Origin: an uncultured Desulfobacteraceae bacterium
Lineage (GTDB): Bacteria; Desulfobacterota; DSM-4660; Desulfatiglandales; HGW-15
Assembly (NCBI GenBank): GCA_964441135.1
Contig: CAYTUL010000001.1
Coordinates: forward strand, 1 to 28,644
Reading direction: 5' to 3'
DNA: 28,644 nucleotides
The notes under the pieces are model-generated. The model did no database searches. It was given only the letters and a program-made list of their open reading frames with translations, and was not told where the DNA came from. Positions 24,165 through 28,644 of this stretch are shown piece after piece (the first letter of the stretch is position 1; every line of letters begins with the position of its first letter). A program made the position numbers and the translations under genes.

Positions 24165-25612
24165 TGAATCCACAGTATGTCCTTAGATTTGTGGGGATCC
24201 TTGTACTATTCCTTGGTCTGGCAATGATCGTCCCCATGGGGGTGTCTTTTTTCTATCATGACAACGGCACATTGCCCCTGTTCTGGTCGATGATTATCAC
24301 GGCCGGTTTCGGGTCACTCCTTTACGCGGGCACGAAAAAGGTTGGAGAAACCCCTTTAAGCCATCGGGATGGTGTGGCGATTGTGACCTTCGGATGGATA
24401 GCCGCGGGATTGGCAGGCGCGTTGCCCTTCATCATCTCAGGTGTGATCCCCGGATTTACCAACGCTTACTTTGAATCCATATCGGGGTTTACAACCACCG
24501 GCGCGACAATTTTGCATGACATTGAAGGCATTCCAAAGGGAATTCTTCTATGGAGAAGCATCACCCAGTGGTTCGGAGGTATGGGAATCATCGTCCTGTC
24601 CATAGCCATACTTCCTTTCCTCGGTGTCGGTGGAATGCAACTTTATAAGGCTGAGATTCCAAGCCCGGTAGTCGACAAATTAAAACCAAGGATATCCGAT
24701 ACTGCCAAGATCCTGTGGAAGGTTTATCTGTTTATAACGGTCCTGGAGATAATTTCTCTCTTAACGGGCGGTATGTCCTTTTTTGACGCCGTATGTCATG
24801 CCTTCTGTACGATGCCTACGGGTGGATTTTCACCGAAGAACGCGAGTATCGCCCATTACGACAGCGTCTATTTTGATGTGGTGATCACGGTTTTCATGCT
24901 CCTCGCGGCCATCAATTTCTCTCTCCATTACAAGATGATAAAAGGGAATCTCTCCATATTTGGCAGGGACCCTGAGTGCCGGGTTTTTCTTGCCATGGTC
25001 TTTTTGATCGTCATTATTGTCACATTCGATGTATTCGGGCCCGTCTATGACTCGATCGCAGAAGCCCTTCGTTACGCCTCTTTTCAGGTGAGTTCAATCA
25101 TGAGTACCACAGGTTTTGTGACCGAAGATTATGAAAAATGGCCGGCCCTTTCTAAAAACCTGTTGCTCCTGTGTATGTTTTTAGGCGGGATGGCAGGCTC
25201 CACAGGCGGGGGCATCAAGACCATGCGGGTGATACTGCTCTTCAAGCAGGGTTACCGGGAACTCTTTCGCATAATACACCCCCACGCCGTAACTTCTGTT
25301 AAACTTGGCGGCAGGGCTGTTCCAGGGGATATACTAAGCAGTATCTGGGGATTTTTTATACTTTATATTGGTATTTTTGTACTAGCAGTTCTCATCATGT
25401 CATTTCTCGGTCTGGATCTTATTTCGTCCTTTGCCTCTGTGGCCGCCTGTATCTTTAACGTCGGTCCAGGACTCGGGGTCGTTGGTCCGATGGAAAACTA
25501 TCTGATAATACCCGTGATGGGCAAGTGGGTCCTCATATTCTGTATGCTTCTGGGAAGATTAGAGATTTATACCGTAATCGTCCTGTTGACACCTGAATTC
25601 TGGAGAAAATAG
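24164..25612 (+). CDS. trkH: Trk system potassium uptake membrane protein TrkH
   Basis: Four pore loops FESISGFTTTGAT, CTMPTGGFS, MSTTGF, FNVGPG; C-terminal MLLGRLEIY. Confidence 0.97.
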   Translation: MNPQYVLRFVGILVLFLGLAMIVPMGVSFFYHDNGTLPLFWSMIITAGFGSLLYAGTKKVGETPLSHRDGVAIVTFGWIAAGLAGALPFIISGVIPGFTNAYFESISGFTTTGATILHDIEGIPKGILLWRSITQWFGGMGIIVLSIAILPFLGVGGMQLYKAEIPSPVVDKLKPRISDTAKILWKVYLFITVLEIISLLTGGMSFFDAVCHAFCTMPTGGFSPKNASIAHYDSVYFDVVITVFMLLAAINFSLHYKMIKGNLSIFGRDPECRVFLAMVFLIVIIVTFDVFGPVYDSIAEALRYASFQVSSIMSTTGFVTEDYEKWPALSKNLLLLCMFLGGMAGSTGGGIKTMRVILLFKQGYRELFRIIHPHAVTSVKLGGRAVPGDILSSIWGFFILYIGIFVLAVLIMSFLGLDLISSFASVAACIFNVGPGLGVVGPMENYLIIPVMGKWVLIFCMLLGRLEIYTVIVLLTPEFWRK

Positions 25613-25651
25613 CAGCGAAACTTGTTTCCTGTCAGGGCTTCCGGTCTCATT

Positions 25652-25693
25652 GGAAAATGTCATCCTGGAGGTGAATCAGGGATGACCTTTTCC
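25652..25693 (+). terminator. Hairpin downstream of trkH; probable terminator with REP-like GTCATCC...GGATGAC core
   Basis: GGAAAAT-GTCATCCTG...CAGGGATGAC-CTTTTCC followed by CTTTATCTT. Confidence 0.5.
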
Positions 25694-25781
25694 CTTTATC
25701 TTAAAAAGAAAATATTATAAAATATTCTCTTCATGAAAAAGTGTTCCTTTTTTTTGTATCTTTTGTTAGGGAGGTTTTAAA

Positions 25782-27599
25782 TTGAATCCATTTTATAAAA
25801 ACCTTGCTCTGTGGCTGGTCATAAGCCTTATGGTGATCATGTTGTTCAAGGTATTCCAGCAACCTGACAGGACAAGCACATCGATCAGTTACAGTGATTT
25901 TTTAAGCATGGTTGAGAGCGGTAGCGTCCTTCAGGTAGTCATCCAGGGCGATAATCTTTCGGGCAGTTCTTCTCAAGGACCATTCAAGACCTATGCTCCA
26001 AAGGATCCGGAATTGATAAAACTCTTAAGGAGCAAGGGAATCAAGATAGTGGCAAAACCAGAGGATGATTCTCCATGGTTTCAGGTCTTTCTCTCATGGG
26101 TTCCCATGCTGTTGCTTGTGGGGGTCTGGATATTTTTCATGCGTCAAATGCAGGCGGGCGGTGGAAAGGCGCTCTCATTCGGAAAAAGCCGGGCAAGACT
26201 CATGACTGATTCCCAGGAGAAGGTAACCTTTGAAGATGTGGCGGGAATCGATGAGGCCAAGGAGGAACTTCAGGAGATTATCGAATTCCTGCGTGATCCA
26301 AAGAAATATACGCGATTGGGTGGAAGGATACCAAAGGGAGTTCTTCTCGTGGGATCTCCGGGGACCGGAAAAACCCTTCTGGCAAGGGCCATAGCCGGAG
26401 AGGCCGGCGTTCCCTTCTTCAGTATAAGCGGTTCGGACTTTGTTGAGATGTTTGTGGGAGTAGGCGCTTCGAGGGTCAGGGACCTGTTTGTCCAGGGTAA
26501 AAAGAGCGCTCCCTGCATCATATTTATTGATGAGATCGATGCGGTTGGTCGCCACCGGGGCGCCGGCCTGGGCGGAGGTCACGATGAAAGGGAACAGACC
26601 CTCAATCAGCTCCTTGTAGAGATGGACGGTTTTGAATCCAATGAGGGTGTCATACTCATATCCGCCACGAACAGACCCGACGTCCTGGACCCGGCCCTGC
26701 TGAGGCCCGGGCGTTTCGACAGGCAGGTGGTGGTTCCTGTTCCGGATATAAGAGGGAGAGAGGGGATTCTAAAGGTACATGTGAAAAAAACGATTCTTGC
26801 CGATGACGTTGACATAAGGACCCTTGCAAGGGGAACACCTGGATTCACGGGCGCGGATCTGGAAAACATGGTGAATGAAGCGGCTCTCATGGGTGCCAGG
26901 AGGGGCAAGGATAAGGTAGAGATGGTTGACTTTGAGGATGCCAAGGACAAGGTATTGATGGGCACCGAACGGAGAAGCATGATTATCAGTGATGAAGAAA
27001 AAAGGATTATCGCCTATCATGAGTCGGGGCATACCCTGGTGGGAAGGCTCCTGCCCAATACCGATCCTGTCCATAAGGTGACCATTATCCCGAGAGGAAG
27101 GGCCCTAGGACTGACTCAACACCTGCCGATTGACGAAAAGCACATCCAGCCCAGGGAATACCTCCTGAACCTTATATGTATTTTAATGGGTGGAAGAGCC
27201 GCCGAAGAGATTGTACTCAATATTAAGACAACCGGTGCCGGCAATGATATTGAAAGGGCCTCCGAGTATGCGCGTAAGATTGTGTGCGACTACGGCATGA
27301 GCGATAAACTCGGTCCCCTCTCATTCGGTAAAAAGGAGGAACAGATATTTCTGGGACGAGAGATCTCACAGCACAGGGATTACAGTGAACTGCCCGCCCA
27401 GAAAATCGACCAGGAGGTCAGAGACATCGTAACCGGCTGTTATGACAAGACCCGCACGCTCATAGAAGAAAACCTGGAGATACTCGAAAACATGGCAAAG
27501 TCCCTCCTAGAAAGAGAGACCCTTGATGGCAAGGATATCGATGAGATTATGGCTGGAACCCCCATGTCTAAAAAGCAACCGGAGGTAAAAGGGTCTTGA
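25782..27599 (+). CDS. ftsH: ATP-dependent zinc metalloprotease FtsH
   Basis: Two TM helices, GSPGTGKT Walker [30 protein letters not shown] zinc motif; GGAGG RBS with TTG start. Confidence 0.98.
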   Translation: MNPFYKNLALWLVISLMVIMLFKVFQQPDRTSTSISYSDFLSMVESGSVLQVVIQGDNLSGSSSQGPFKTYAPKDPELIKLLRSKGIKIVAKPEDDSPWFQVFLSWVPMLLLVGVWIFFMRQMQAGGGKALSFGKSRARLMTDSQEKVTFEDVAGIDEAKEELQEIIEFLRDPKKYTRLGGRIPKGVLLVGSPGTGKTLLARAIAGEAGVPFFSISGSDFVEMFVGVGASRVRDLFVQGKKSAPCIIFIDEIDAVGRHRGAGLGGGHDEREQTLNQLLVEMDGFESNEGVILISATNRPDVLDPALLRPGRFDRQVVVPVPDIRGREGILKVHVKKTILADDVDIRTLARGTPGFTGADLENMVNEAALMGARRGKDKVEMVDFEDAKDKVLMGTERRSMIISDEEKRIIAYHESGHTLVGRLLPNTDPVHKVTIIPRGRALGLTQHLPIDEKHIQPREYLLNLICILMGGRAAEEIVLNIKTTGAGNDIERASEYARKIVCDYGMSDKLGPLSFGKKEEQIFLGREISQHRDYSELPAQKIDQEVRDIVTGCYDKTRTLIEENLEILENMAKSLLERETLDGKDIDEIMAGTPMSKKQPEVKGS

Positions 27600-28477
27600 A
27601 AGAGTTTCAGAGAGAGGAGTTTAACCTGAAATGGGCTGATTATTCTCTGAGACTGGATGAGAGGACCCATATCATGGGTGTCCTGAATGTGACGCCTGAT
27701 TCCTTTTCCGACGGAGGCCTTTATTTGCAAAAGGATAAGGCGATCGCCCAGGGGATTGCCATGGCGCGGGATGGAGCCGATATTATCGACGTCGGAGGTG
27801 AATCGACGCGTCCCTATTCAAAAACCGTTTCCGGTGATGAAGAGCTGGATAGGGTAATACCGGTCATAGAGGCCCTACGCGGGAGTATTGAAATACCCAT
27901 CAGCATAGATACTTGCAAGGCGGAAGTCGCCAAAGAGGCCTTAAAAACCGGGGCATCCATCATAAATGATATAAGTGCCTTCCGGTTTGATCCCAAGATG
28001 GCCCCGGTTGCCGCGGAGGCGGGCGTCCCGGTGATACTCATGCACATGAAAGGGTCTCCCGGCAATATGCAGGATAATCCGGTCTACGACAACCTGATAC
28101 CGGAGATCCTGGCCTTTCTCCGGAATGCCATTGAACGGGCCACTGAAAAGGGAGTCCGTGAGGATAGGATCATTGTGGACCCCGGAATAGGTTTCGGAAA
28201 GACCTTTGATCACAACCTCGAGATCATAAAGGAATTGAACCAGTTCCACTCACTGGGAAGGCCTGTGCTACTGGGGACCTCAAGAAAGGCATTTATCGGA
28301 AACATCCTTGGAAACGAATCCCGGGATAGGGACACCGGAACAATGGCAACCGTTACCGCCGCTATACTGAACGGGGCCCATATTGTGAGGGTACATAACC
28401 CCAAGATGGCACTTGAAACGGTGAAGGTCGCGGATGCCCTGCGAAGGGCCGGGAGTCTACACAAGCTAAGATCTTAA
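27596..28477 (+). CDS. folP: Dihydropteroate synthase
   Basis: [46 protein letters not shown]; conserved ftsH-folP order. Confidence 0.97.
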   Translation: MKEFQREEFNLKWADYSLRLDERTHIMGVLNVTPDSFSDGGLYLQKDKAIAQGIAMARDGADIIDVGGESTRPYSKTVSGDEELDRVIPVIEALRGSIEIPISIDTCKAEVAKEALKTGASIINDISAFRFDPKMAPVAAEAGVPVILMHMKGSPGNMQDNPVYDNLIPEILAFLRNAIERATEKGVREDRIIVDPGIGFGKTFDHNLEIIKELNQFHSLGRPVLLGTSRKAFIGNILGNESRDRDTGTMATVTAAILNGAHIVRVHNPKMALETVKVADALRRAGSLHKLRS

Positions 28478-28509
28478 CATTTGTGTCAAATTTTTAAAAT
28501 ATTCAATGA

Positions 28510-28644
28510 TGACAACCTCGTAAAAAGTCCCGGGAGCCGTCACTCCCGCGAAAGCGGGAGTCCAGAAGTACCCGAAATCGCTGGATTCCCGCTTTCGCGG
28601 GAATGACAAACAGACGCGAATTTTGACTTTTTACGAACATATCA
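28510..28644. mobile_element. MITE-like element with TCGTAAAAAGTC inverted repeats enclosing a REP-like hairpin doublet (reaches the window edge)
   Basis: Perfect 12-bp IR at 28518-28529 and 28625-28636, extending imperfectly to TGA...TCA. Inner GTCACTCCCGCGAAAGCGGGAGTCCAG at 28539-28565 and CTGGATTCCCGCTTTCGCGGGAATGAC at 28581-28607. Confidence 0.85.

Noticed and set aside
28485-28498. GTCAAATTTTTAAA as a third GTCA-N6-TGAC box
   Set aside because: Half-site only, with no sigma54 promoter nearby.
1-28644. Autonomous transposase, integrase, prophage, defence system, tRNA or rRNA
   Set aside because: All long ORFs are accounted for as flagellar or housekeeping genes; no such signatures were seen.

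Overview
Window from a Desulfobacterota-like (deltaproteobacterial) chromosome; the taxon is inferred from gene content, gene order and repeat types. Positions 1-15585 (all minus strand) hold a flagellar basal-body/hook cluster: flgE (partial), flgD, fliK, a MotE-family gene, fliJ, fliI, fliH, fliG, fliF, fliE, flgC and flgB. Upstream of it is a three-gene unit encoding a small exported protein, a 986-aa exported AMIN-like/TPR protein and a FlbD-like sigma54 activator with a dead receiver domain. A divergent FliT/FlgN-like gene follows. Four sigma54 -24/-12 promoters and phased upstream dyads are visible. The rest is housekeeping: a metallo-beta-lactamase-fold hydrolase, rlmB (apparently starting at ATA), gmk, remA/DUF370, yicC, DUF4416, rfaE1, trkA, trkH, ftsH and folP. 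The intergenic regions carry the most unexplained structure. A 164-bp TTA-flanked MITE sits in the loop of a hairpin repeat whose empty copy lies 3 kb away. REP-like doublets are shared by two different MITE shells. Inverted octamer arrays supply the C-terminus of a gene. A 182-nt stem-bubble-stem inverted repeat lies between gmk and rlmB. No transposase, CRISPR array, tRNA or rRNA was seen.
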